DNA of 64,000 bases, taken from NCBI GenBank assembly GCA_017513085.1, contig JAFWDK010000018.1:1-64000 (forward strand), read 5' to 3'. Below the pieces are notes generated by a model that had not been told where the DNA came from, ran no database searches, and saw only the letters and a program-made list of their open reading frames with translations. This document shows positions 8,157-16,701 of the stretch, in pieces; position 1 is the first letter of the stretch, and each line of letters begins with the position of its first letter. Made by a program: the position numbers and the translations under genes. Source of the DNA: Clostridiales bacterium (GTDB lineage Bacteria; Bacillota; Clostridia; Saccharofermentanales; Saccharofermentanaceae).

Positions 8157-9608
8157 TTAACCCAAATGAATTTTAGCTTCCGGATAGATGCTCTGGTAGG
8201 ATTTATGCTCTTTGGTAACAAGACCCATAGCGAACGTCATCGGACCGACACGTCCGAGAAACATAACCGGAATGATCGCAAGTTGTCCCCAGAACGAGAA
8301 AGATGGCGTGGCCGCTGAAGAAAGACCGACAGTGCCGAAAGCAGAAGCCGATTCAAACAATATATCCAGAAAAGTAAACTGTCCGGCAGCAATCAGACGT
8401 CGCTCCGTGAACGAAAGAACGCACGTCAGCAGAAGCATCAAAGCAAATCCCATCGTGAAGATCGACAGAGCTCTCTGGATCGTAGAGCGCGTAACACGGT
8501 GATTATGAATGATTACTTCACTCTTACCCATAAGGTCATTCTTTACGGTACTGATCAGCAATGCGAAAGCCTGAACCTTAATACCACCACCTGTTGAACC
8601 TGCACCTGCACCGATAAACATCAGAATAACACAGACCACTTTCGTAAAATCCCGTAGCTTAAGCAGATCGATGGAGTTCATTCCTGCAGTTCGTAAAGAC
8701 ATGGATTGGAATAACGATGCATTCAGTTTCTCACTGATCGGGAGATTACCCAACGTCAATCCTGCTTCATTGCTCCATTCCAGCACAAGGATCAGCAATG
8801 TACCGATTGCCAGAAGCGCAATCGTCATAAAGAAAGCCAAGCGTGTATGGAATTTCATGTGAATATTCGTACGCTCTTTCTTATCGTGTCTCATGATCGT
8901 ACGGATCTTCTGAACAGAATAATCGATCAAGTCTTTCCAAACATGGAATCCCAGACCACCGGAGAATATCAGAAAGGTTGCCGTAAGCATAACGACCGTA
9001 TTACCGTTATAGGCGGTAAAACTGCTATAAGGTCCGCTTGCTGTATCACCCATCAGATCAAAACCGGCATTACAAAACGCCGAAACCGACGAAAAAAGTG
9101 CTTTGAACAAACCTGCGCCATATCCGAACTCAGGAATAAACTGAGTGGAAAACAGGATAAAACCGATCATTTCAAAAGCAAAAGTCATCAGAACGATCGT
9201 CTTTAAAAGGCCTTTCAACTCAGCATAAGAAAAACTGCCACTGTTTTCCTGTGCCAGCACACGTGTACGGACAGTAACCTTTCTTCGGAAAATACTGACC
9301 GCAAAAGAATAGATCGTAACCAGACCAAGACCGCCGATCTGAATCAGAAACAGTAGTACTGTTCTGCCAAATGCATTAAATGTGGTAGCTGTATCTCTTA
9401 CAACCAGACCGGTCACGCAAGTTGCGGATACTGTGGTAAACAAGGAATCGAAAAATCCGATACTCTTGCCGGAATTGGTTGCAAAGGGAAGCATCAGGAG
9501 CAATGTACCAATGAACATAATGCCCAAAAAACTGGCAATAATCACGCGTGCCGGTCGTTCAAGCATCCATTCAACGATCTTCTTTGTCTTTCTTCTACGG
9601 ACAAGCAT
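8157..9608 (-). CDS. ktrB: KtrB/TrkH potassium uptake membrane subunit
   Basis: Four pore-loop Gly motifs (TCVTGL, FCNAGF, RTAGM, FGTVGLS), plus GSTGGGIK and MFLGRVG. Confidence 0.9.
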   Translation of the reverse strand: MLVRRRKTKKIVEWMLERPARVIIASFLGIMFIGTLLLMLPFATNSGKSIGFFDSLFTTVSATCVTGLVVRDTATTFNAFGRTVLLFLIQIGGLGLVTIYSFAVSIFRRKVTVRTRVLAQENSGSFSYAELKGLLKTIVLMTFAFEMIGFILFSTQFIPEFGYGAGLFKALFSSVSAFCNAGFDLMGDTASGPYSSFTAYNGNTVVMLTATFLIFSGGLGFHVWKDLIDYSVQKIRTIMRHDKKERTNIHMKFHTRLAFFMTIALLAIGTLLILVLEWSNEAGLTLGNLPISEKLNASLFQSMSLRTAGMNSIDLLKLRDFTKVVCVILMFIGAGAGSTGGGIKVQAFALLISTVKNDLMGKSEVIIHNHRVTRSTIQRALSIFTMGFALMLLLTCVLSFTERRLIAAGQFTFLDILFESASAFGTVGLSSAATPSFSFWGQLAIIPVMFLGRVGPMTFAMGLVTKEHKSYQSIYPEAKIHLG

Positions 9609-10262
9609 TTAACATACCATCGCTTTCCAGATCTGCTCAATATCCTTCTTCGCACAAACCATCATGATCTGATTGCCCGCATACATGACAGTTTCACCGA
9701 CAGGCGTGATCGTCTCACCATCCTGGCCTGCCAATACAACGACACGAGCATCGTGTACGAACCGGTAATCTTTCAAAGCCTGTCCACAAGCATCAGACTT
9801 TTCCGATAACACAAATTCAATCAGCACATGATCGGAATTTTTTATACGATGTACAATACGTAATCCTTCAAAATCAATTTCCTGCTCGATCATGCTGGCC
9901 AGGATCTCAGTCTCGGAAAAAGCACGATCCACGCCAAAATGTTCCATGATCATACGATTCTTGGGGTTATTTACACGCGCAATGGCTTTATCCACATTCA
10001 GCTGGTTCTTTGCGATCTGACAGGCGATCATGTTCGTCTCATCACGATTGGTCAGCGCAACGATCATTTTTGCATCCTTACACGCTTCACGAAGGACCGG
10101 ATATGAAGATCCGTCACCATGAATCACGGAAGAAACGGACTCGTCCGCAAACTTCATGGCAGCATCATAATCTTTATCGATAATAACGATCTCATTCGAA
10201 GTTTCGAGCTCTCGGATAAGGTAATAAGCTAATTTTCCGGCACCTACAATAACGATCTTCAT
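9609..10262 (-). CDS. trkA: TrkA/KtrA RCK regulatory subunit
   Basis: IVGAGKLA Rossmann motif, HGDG, DETN and a C-terminal RCK_C domain. Confidence 0.88.
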   Translation of the reverse strand: MKIVIVGAGKLAYYLIRELETSNEIVIIDKDYDAAMKFADESVSSVIHGDGSSYPVLREACKDAKMIVALTNRDETNMIACQIAKNQLNVDKAIARVNNPKNRMIMEHFGVDRAFSETEILASMIEQEIDFEGLRIVHRIKNSDHVLIEFVLSEKSDACGQALKDYRFVHDARVVVLAGQDGETITPVGETVMYAGNQIMMVCAKKDIEQIWKAMVC

Positions 10263-10270
10263 AGTATTAC

Positions 10271-10900
10271 TCAGACTTTCTTTTCAGCAAGAATCAGCCT
10301 GTCTCCTTTTTCCAGTTTCATATTTGGAAGTGTCGTCAGAAGATCATCGTGTCTGATCAAAGCGAAAATGTGACGGCCTTCTGTATCTTCCACATCCCGG
10401 ACTCTGGCGCCCACGAAAGATTCATCCAGATCCAAAATCGTGAAAGCCATACTGTTTCCGAAGATATTTGCCATGCATTGACCAATATATTCTTCCTTTT
10501 TCAGTCTTCCATCGATAGCACGCATAAATGCATCAGACGTCAAAACCGTGGAAGAAATCGACATGAACCCGGCATCATCGAAAAGATGGTAATCTTCCGA
10601 TGCAAAAACACGAGTAAACACACTTTTTACTTCAAAAATATCTCTTGCGATTTCAGATGCCATAAGATTCTGGTTTTCACTATCGCTCATGGCACATACG
10701 ATGTCCATAGAACCGATGTCAGCTTCTTTCAGCACATCAATATCGATAATGATACCATTGATCGTTAAAATACCAAGGTTAAACTGTTGCTCGATCTGCT
10801 GAGCTTTAGGATCGACCAACACACAAGTATGACCTTTCTCAATTAATCGTTTAATCAAAGAAATACCCGAGCGAGAAGCTCCAAGGATCATGATCTGCAT
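10271..10900 (-). CDS. trkA: Second TrkA/KtrA RCK subunit with degenerate nucleotide loop
   Basis: ILGASRSG, DIDVLKEADI, SENQN; RCK_C ending KLEKGDRLIL. Confidence 0.8.
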   Translation of the reverse strand: MQIMILGASRSGISLIKRLIEKGHTCVLVDPKAQQIEQQFNLGILTINGIIIDIDVLKEADIGSMDIVCAMSDSENQNLMASEIARDIFEVKSVFTRVFASEDYHLFDDAGFMSISSTVLTSDAFMRAIDGRLKKEEYIGQCMANIFGNSMAFTILDLDESFVGARVRDVEDTEGRHIFALIRHDDLLTTLPNMKLEKGDRLILAEKKV

Positions 10901-10921
10901 GAATCGGCCTCCAATACCAAA

Positions 10922-11725
10922 TCAAGAATCTGACCCGAAGGCCAGTAAATAACCAAGTATAGATGCTGCGGAAGCAGCATTAAGAGATTCCGCCCTCCCG
11001 GGCATAGGAATCTTGACTAGTATATCACATACGGATGAAGTCGTCACACTTAATCCATTTGCTTCATTTCCGATCCACAAAGCCGCACGGGAAGGAAGAT
11101 GTACAGTTCTCAGATCCTCTCCGTTCAAATGAGCACCTATTGAAGGGATACCGGCAGAACCCAGTTTATCAAGGATCGAAGCAGAATCAGGAAAAGAAAT
11201 CAATGGAATATGAAAACAAGATCCCATAGAAGCGCGAAGAACTTTTTCATTATAAGGATCTACCGAATCCTCAGTAAAAAGCACTGAAGTATATCCAAAA
11301 GCATCTGCCATGCGGATGATCGTGCCCATATTGCCCGGATCCTGAAGATGTTCCAGAACAATAAACCGTGCATGCTCATCATCAAACGAGACCATATTCT
11401 GTTCCCCGGGATTTCGGACGACCAACGCAATACCTTGGGGATTTACCGTCTGGGCGATCTTGGAAAAAAGGTTCTCACTGAAAGCGAATTTTTCAACACC
11501 GGAAAGATTCGGATACTTCTTCTCCCATTCTTTCAAAAGATCTTCTTTCCCTTTGCGGAACAGAACGGTTTCGGGAGCAAGCCCGCTAAGCAAAGCATCT
11601 TCGCACAAACGCAAACCCTCGATAAAGACCTTGCCTTGCGCTCTGGCGACCTTACGGTCATGAAGCGCCACAAACGATCGGAATCGAGGGTTTTCTTTGC
11701 TTGTTATCTCTAAATAACGTTCCAC
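10922..11725 (-). CDS. TrmH/SpoU family RNA 2'-O-methyltransferase
   Basis: ITSKENP, QDPGNMGTIIR, RASMGS, IGNEANGLS and IPMPGRAESLNAA. Start taken as GTG 11725 to avoid overlapping rplT. Confidence 0.9.
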   Translation of the reverse strand: MERYLEITSKENPRFRSFVALHDRKVARAQGKVFIEGLRLCEDALLSGLAPETVLFRKGKEDLLKEWEKKYPNLSGVEKFAFSENLFSKIAQTVNPQGIALVVRNPGEQNMVSFDDEHARFIVLEHLQDPGNMGTIIRMADAFGYTSVLFTEDSVDPYNEKVLRASMGSCFHIPLISFPDSASILDKLGSAGIPSIGAHLNGEDLRTVHLPSRAALWIGNEANGLSVTTSSVCDILVKIPMPGRAESLNAASAASILGYLLAFGSDS

Positions 11726-11736
11726 TTTAAGTGAAA

Positions 11737-12090
11737 TCAGAGTGCAGCCTTTGCCTGCTCGCAAAGTGCAGCGAATCCATTCGGATCAGAGATTGCGATA
11801 TCAGAAAGTACCTTACGGTCAAGAGCGATATTCGCCTTCTTAAGGCCATTCATGAAACGGCTGTAGGAAAGACCATTGATACGGCAAGCAGCATTGATAC
11901 GCTGGATCCAGAGCTTTCTGAAATCTCTCTTCTTGGCCTTTCTGTCACGATATGCATAAGCACCGGACTTCATTACCTGCTGATTAGCAACCTTGAAGAG
12001 CTTGCTCTTATGACCGAAATAACCCTTGGCCTGCTTTAAAATCTTATGATGACGCGCTCTTGTACGCATTCCTCTTTTTACTCTAGACAT
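11737..12090 (-). CDS. rplT: 50S ribosomal protein L20
   Basis: MSRVKRG...AKGYFG...[23 protein letters not shown]. Confidence 0.99.
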   Translation of the reverse strand: MSRVKRGMRTRARHHKILKQAKGYFGHKSKLFKVANQQVMKSGAYAYRDRKAKKRDFRKLWIQRINAACRINGLSYSRFMNGLKKANIALDRKVLSDIAISDPNGFAALCEQAKAAL

Positions 12091-12137
12091 GGAAATTACC
12101 TCCCTAATTTATCTTACTAAACTTGATCGACCATCAA

Positions 12138-12335
12138 TTATTTGTACGGGATCATCGTTCTGATGACCTTAGCATTCGCTTCTGCACAAACTGCTGTGTG
12201 ACGGAGATGTCTCATTCTCTTAGACGGTCTCTTGCTCAAGATGTGGCGACGGAAAGCCTGGGAGTATAATACCTTACCTGTACCCGTTACCTTAAATCTC
12301 TTCTTCGATGAACTGTGTGTTTTCTGCTTAGGCAT
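12138..12335 (-). CDS. rpmI: 50S ribosomal protein L35
   Basis: MPKQKTHSSSKKRFKVTGTGK; lies between infC and rplT. Confidence 0.98.
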   Translation of the reverse strand: MPKQKTHSSSKKRFKVTGTGKVLYSQAFRRHILSKRPSKRMRHLRHTAVCAEANAKVIRTMIPYK

Positions 12336-12360
12336 TTTTCTATTTCCTCCTTAATCACAA

Positions 12361-12882
12361 TCAGTTTTTCTTCGGAGCCAGGAACATGACCATGTTTCTG
12401 CCCTCTATCTTGGCCGGCTTATCCACCTGGCCGAACTCTGCACAAAGCTGTGCAAACTTTTCCATTACAGCATAACCTTGATTCTGGTATGCCATCTCAC
12501 GACCACGGAACTTTACGAGTACCTTTACCCGGTTTCCGTCCTTCAGGAAACGGCAAGCGTTCTTCGTTTTGACATTCAGATCATGATCTTCCGTTGTCAG
12601 CTTCATGCCGATCTCCTTCGTTTCGATCACTTTCTGGTTCTTACGGGCTTCTTTTTCTCTCTTTGCCTGTTCAAACAAATACTTGCCATAATCCATTACT
12701 TTACAAACCGGATTATCTGGGTTATTTGCGATCAGCACGAGATCAAGACCACTTAACTCTGCTGCCTTTCTGGCCTGTTCGATCGGAACAATGCCGACCA
12801 TCGTACCATCTGCATCAATCAATCGAACCTTCTCAAAAGAAATCTCTTCGTTAATGGGTTGCCCATTTGTCTGTCTAGCGAT
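12361..12882 (-). CDS. infC: Translation initiation factor IF-3, non-canonical ATC start
   Basis: AGGAGGTG SD, then ATC GCT AGA CAG... (I/M-ARQTNGQPINEEI). In-frame TGA just upstream and no ATG/GTG/TTG near the SD. IF3 motifs CKVMDYGKY and KFRGRE. Confidence 0.93.
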   Translation of the reverse strand: MARQTNGQPINEEISFEKVRLIDADGTMVGIVPIEQARKAAELSGLDLVLIANNPDNPVCKVMDYGKYLFEQAKREKEARKNQKVIETKEIGMKLTTEDHDLNVKTKNACRFLKDGNRVKVLVKFRGREMAYQNQGYAVMEKFAQLCAEFGQVDKPAKIEGRNMVMFLAPKKN

Positions 12883-12897
12883 AAGAACACACCTCCT

Positions 12898-13015
12898 TCA
12901 AAACAAAAACGGAGCGAAACTTTCCGCTTCACTCCGTTATAACTTACTGATCATAAGCCACATTCGTGAACCTCTTCGCATAACTTGAGGTGAGAAGCGG
13001 AAACTCCTACTTGCT
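12898..13015 (-). promoter_or_regulatory. L20 leader (ribosomal protein autoregulatory attenuator)
   Basis: 5' motif AAGTAGGAGTTTCCGCTTCTCACCT (13012-12988). Terminator AACGGAGTGAAGCGGAAAGTTTCGCTCCGTT-TTTGTTT (12938-12901). TTTCCGCTTC can pair with GAAGCGGAAA inside the terminator. Confidence 0.88.
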
Positions 13016-13026
13016 GTAACATAGGT

Positions 13027-13055
13027 ATGATAATCATTCATGAGTAGAATGTCAA
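13027..13055 (-). promoter_or_regulatory. sigma-A promoter of infC-rpmI-rplT
   Basis: TTGACA-17nt-TATCAT immediately upstream of the L20 leader. Confidence 0.8.
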
Positions 13056-13319
13056 GCACTTTTTTATTACCGGCTACCAAAACCACTCTGCATCAGTTTA
13101 GGCATTATTATACTATAAAAAAACGTCTCTACATCAAACTTGGTCGAGCAAGCCACGTCGTAACGAACGCAAATACAACACCTTTCGATGTGAACATAAA
13201 ATGGCGCATCATATACATTTACAAAATCAAATCAATTTCCGGCAAATACGTGAAATAGAATCAATCATCTATGCTATAATCGCATATATCAAATCAGAAG
13301 AATAAAGGAAGTGGATGAC

Positions 13320-14495
13320 ATGATATCTAAAGAAATGGAAAATAAACTTGCCGGCGGTTCGTTGATTCGTAAGATGTTCGATGAAGGCACACGTCTTAAG
13401 AAAATATATGGTGATGACAAAGTATTCGATTTTTCCATCGGAAACCCGGATCTGGAGCCTCCGAAGGAAGTAAAGGATGCCCTGATCGAGCTTGCCAACG
13501 CTGATATCCCTGGCATGCACGGATACATGGCTAATGCCGGTTATCCCGAGACCCGGCAGGCAATCGCCGATAAACTTTCTTCTGAAAGCGGTCTTTCCAT
13601 TGGGATCAACTCTATTTGTATGACCTGCGGCGCGGCTTCCGGCATGAACAATATCCTTCGCGCAATCATGGAGCCGGATGACGAGATCATTCTTCTTGCG
13701 CCATTTTTCCTTGAATATCTGAATTACATCAGCAACGTGAAAGGTAAGCCGGTCATTGTTAACACAGATCCGGACACTTTCCTGCCGGTCATGGAAGAGA
13801 TCGAGAAGGCGATCACGCCGAAGACAAAAGCAATCATCATCAACTCTCCGAACAACCCAAGCGGCGCGATCTATCCGAAGAAATGCCTGGTTGAGTTAAA
13901 TGCGCTTTTGAAGAAGCAGGATCACGTGATCCACGTCATCTCAGACGAACCTTATATTGATCTCGCTTATGACGGTATGACGGTTCCATCTTCCCTCACC
14001 TGCTTCGACAACCTGATCGTCTGCTTCTCCTGGAGTAAATCCCTCTCTCTCCCCGGAGAGCGTATCGGTTACACATGCGTCAGCCCGAAACATGAAGACT
14101 TCGAACTTCTCACCGCCGCTTTGGTACTCGCCAACCGTATCCTCGGCGCAGTAAATGCTCCGGCGCTTATGCAGCGTGTCGTGGCAAAAGCTCTGAACGC
14201 GAAGGTTGATGTTCCGAATTACGAAAGACGTAGAAATCTCTTATACAATATCATTACCGAAGCAGGCTTCACTTGTACGAAACCTCAGGGCGCGCTTTAT
14301 CTCTTCATGAAGACACCGATTGAAGATAATGCATTCTGCGAAGTCTGCGCCAAGTATAACGTCCTGGTTGTTCCGGGATCCGCGTTCAAGCGTGAAGGCT
14401 ATGTCCGTCTGGCATTCTGTGTTTCCGAAAAAACGATCCTCGGCTCAAAGGAAGCTTTTGAATCGATTGCCAGAGAACTTGGCTTGAAGAAATAA
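13320..14495 (+). CDS. PLP-dependent class I/II (aspartate-type) aminotransferase
   Basis: FSIGNP, NSPNNPSG, ISDEPY and SWSKSLSLPGERIGY (PLP Lys); extended -10 TGCTATAAT upstream. Confidence 0.93.
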   Translation: MISKEMENKLAGGSLIRKMFDEGTRLKKIYGDDKVFDFSIGNPDLEPPKEVKDALIELANADIPGMHGYMANAGYPETRQAIADKLSSESGLSIGINSICMTCGAASGMNNILRAIMEPDDEIILLAPFFLEYLNYISNVKGKPVIVNTDPDTFLPVMEEIEKAITPKTKAIIINSPNNPSGAIYPKKCLVELNALLKKQDHVIHVISDEPYIDLAYDGMTVPSSLTCFDNLIVCFSWSKSLSLPGERIGYTCVSPKHEDFELLTAALVLANRILGAVNAPALMQRVVAKALNAKVDVPNYERRRNLLYNIITEAGFTCTKPQGALYLFMKTPIEDNAFCEVCAKYNVLVVPGSAFKREGYVRLAFCVSEKTILGSKEAFESIARELGLKK

Positions 14496-14500
14496 GAACA

Positions 14501-15154
14501 TTACGACTTAGGAGTCACCATAACGAGCATGGCACCGTTTTTCATAACAAAGCCATGCTCTTTTTTTGCCATATCGAACTCATTGCTGATCGTAAGCGAA
14601 CTTCCCCAGATCAGATTCTTATCGGAAAGACTATACTTCATCCCGATAGTCGATACGCCTTCTGCTCCTTCATCCAAAGGAATCAAAGAAACAGTATAAG
14701 CCGGATCTGTCAGTCTTTCCGGTACCGTAAAACGATTCGGCCCATATAAGGGATATACCCATGTTATGCCATCTGTCACAACAATGTCATACCCTTCCTT
14801 TACCAGACGCATGGACAAAAGCAGATTACCCATCACATGATCTAATCTTCCTAAAAGGGATGTGATGAAAAGGATCTTGTGGTCCTTGGTAAGGGATCGA
14901 AGACACAATTCAGAATCGGTCATATCCTTTTCAACAGGGAAAACACGGTTCTGCACATGATTTTCTTTCAACCACTGAAGAGTTTTTTCGGAAATGGAAT
15001 CCATATCGCCCCAAACCACATCCGGAAGAGTATTCAATGCAAAAAGAGCATCCGCTCCGCTATCTGCGCAGATTATCCGTTCTGCATTCCTGATCTGGTC
15101 AAGAAGCTTCGTCAGATCTTTATTCGGTCCGCCGGCAATTACTACGACACACAC
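14501..15154 (-). CDS. thiN: Thiamine pyrophosphokinase
   Basis: ADSGA, GDMDS, EKDMTD, GRLDH and TISNE; follows rpe. Confidence 0.93.
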   Translation of the reverse strand: MCVVVIAGGPNKDLTKLLDQIRNAERIICADSGADALFALNTLPDVVWGDMDSISEKTLQWLKENHVQNRVFPVEKDMTDSELCLRSLTKDHKILFITSLLGRLDHVMGNLLLSMRLVKEGYDIVVTDGITWVYPLYGPNRFTVPERLTDPAYTVSLIPLDEGAEGVSTIGMKYSLSDKNLIWGSSLTISNEFDMAKKEHGFVMKNGAMLVMVTPKS

Positions 15155-15798
15155 GAGATCAGCTCCTTGATTGCTTTGGAATGATCATCATTCGAGAAAA
15201 CGGCACTGCCGGCAACCAGAAGATTCGCGCCGGCCTTCACCACACGATCGATCGTCTCATTACAGATTCCTCCGTCGACCGATATGATCGTCTTTAAATC
15301 CTTCTCATCAACTACTTTACGGACGGCAGCAATACGCTCCAGAGCTTCCTCCATAAAATGCTGACCTCCGAAGCCCGGCCGTACAGACATGATCAGGATC
15401 AGATCACATTTTTCAACATACGGAAGGATCTTCTCAATAGGAGTATCCGGATGTATCGCCATACCCGCGCGCTTTCCAAGCGACCGGATCTTCGAGATCA
15501 CCTTTTCCGGATCATCTACTGTCTCAACATGGAAAGTGATCATATCTGCTCCGGCTTCAGCAAAAGCTTCAACAAAAGCCATCGGGTCAGTGATCATAAG
15601 GTGCACGTCAAAGATAAGATTCGTTTCACTTCGGATCGCCTTAACTACCGGCACACCAAATGTAATATTCGGAACATAGTGACCATCCATAACATCTATA
15701 TGCAGAAATGTCGTATCCTTCTCCACTTTCTGGATCTCATCTGCAAGATGTCCGAAATCTGCAGAAAGGATCGATGGATTGATCTCAAAATCTTTCAC
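15142..15798 (-). CDS. rpe: Ribulose-phosphate 3-epimerase
   Basis: PSILSADF, HIDVMDGH, DVHLMI, PGFGGQ and VDGGI. Confidence 0.97.
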   Translation of the reverse strand: MKDFEINPSILSADFGHLADEIQKVEKDTTFLHIDVMDGHYVPNITFGVPVVKAIRSETNLIFDVHLMITDPMAFVEAFAEAGADMITFHVETVDDPEKVISKIRSLGKRAGMAIHPDTPIEKILPYVEKCDLILIMSVRPGFGGQHFMEEALERIAAVRKVVDEKDLKTIISVDGGICNETIDRVVKAGANLLVAGSAVFSNDDHSKAIKELISCVS

Positions 15799-15813
15799 GC
15801 TAAAACCTTCCTT

Positions 15814-16701
15814 CTACTTTCCATATCTTTTTGACTTCTCAATCATTATATCCAAAAACTCACGGTAACGGGTCAAACGGCCTTGAGAAATACCGGATTC
15901 TTCAATTTTGCAACCAAGTTCTCCCTTATGACGGCAATCCTGAAAGCGGCATTTCCCTTGAATTGCCATAAGTTCAGGATATCCGCCGATCACATCCTCC
16001 ACATCCAGACCGATTTCTCCGATATCCAGCGAAGAAAAACCGGGCGTGTCGATCAAAAAGCCATCCTTATACTGAAAAAGCTCTACATGCCGAGTGGTGT
16101 GTTTTCCTCTTTTCAACCGGTCGCTGATGTTTCCGACTTCAATATGATCCATCCCGGTCAATTTGTGGCACAATGTGGATTTCCCCACACCGGATTGCCC
16201 TGCTATTCCAACCGTGGCATCACGGAATATCTCTTCCACCACTTCTTCCGGCAAAGTCTCCTCTTTAGACGAGCTAAGCACACGGAATCCGGCTTGCGTG
16301 TATTCCTTTTCAAGCTCTTCCGCCTCTTTCGGATCCAGATCAGTCTTCGTGAGAAGGATCACCGGACGGATACTCAGTTTTTCGCACACAATAAGAAGTT
16401 TGTCCAGAAGCTTCAGATCCGGCTCAGGATCCACGACGGAAATGGCAATGATAAGCACGTCAATATTCGCTACGCTTGGGCGTATCAGGATATTTTTTCT
16501 TGGCAGAAGTTCACTTATCGTAAAAGGTATATCCGGGTCACCGGATTCTTCGATTTTACAATAATCGCCTACAGTTGGCTTCATATTACGATTGCGGAAA
16601 ATACCACGCGGTTTTGCCAACACTTCCGAACGATCCTCCAGAAGTATCGTATATTCACCGCCGACGCCCTTCGTTATCCTGCCACTGTCACTGCTCACCA
16701 T
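15814..16701 (-). CDS. rsgA: Ribosome small subunit-dependent GTPase A
   Basis: TKTD, GQSGVGKST, RGKHTT, DTPGF and Zn site CRFQDCRHKGELGC. Confidence 0.96.
   Translation of the reverse strand: MVSSDSGRITKGVGGEYTILLEDRSEVLAKPRGIFRNRNMKPTVGDYCKIEESGDPDIPFTISELLPRKNILIRPSVANIDVLIIAISVVDPEPDLKLLDKLLIVCEKLSIRPVILLTKTDLDPKEAEELEKEYTQAGFRVLSSSKEETLPEEVVEEIFRDATVGIAGQSGVGKSTLCHKLTGMDHIEVGNISDRLKRGKHTTRHVELFQYKDGFLIDTPGFSSLDIGEIGLDVEDVIGGYPELMAIQGKCRFQDCRHKGELGCKIEESGISQGRLTRYREFLDIMIEKSKRYGK

Noticed and set aside
13056-13300. Intergenic stretch as a tRNA or riboswitch
   Set aside because: No cloverleaf, aptamer motif or terminator; only AT-rich promoter-like elements.
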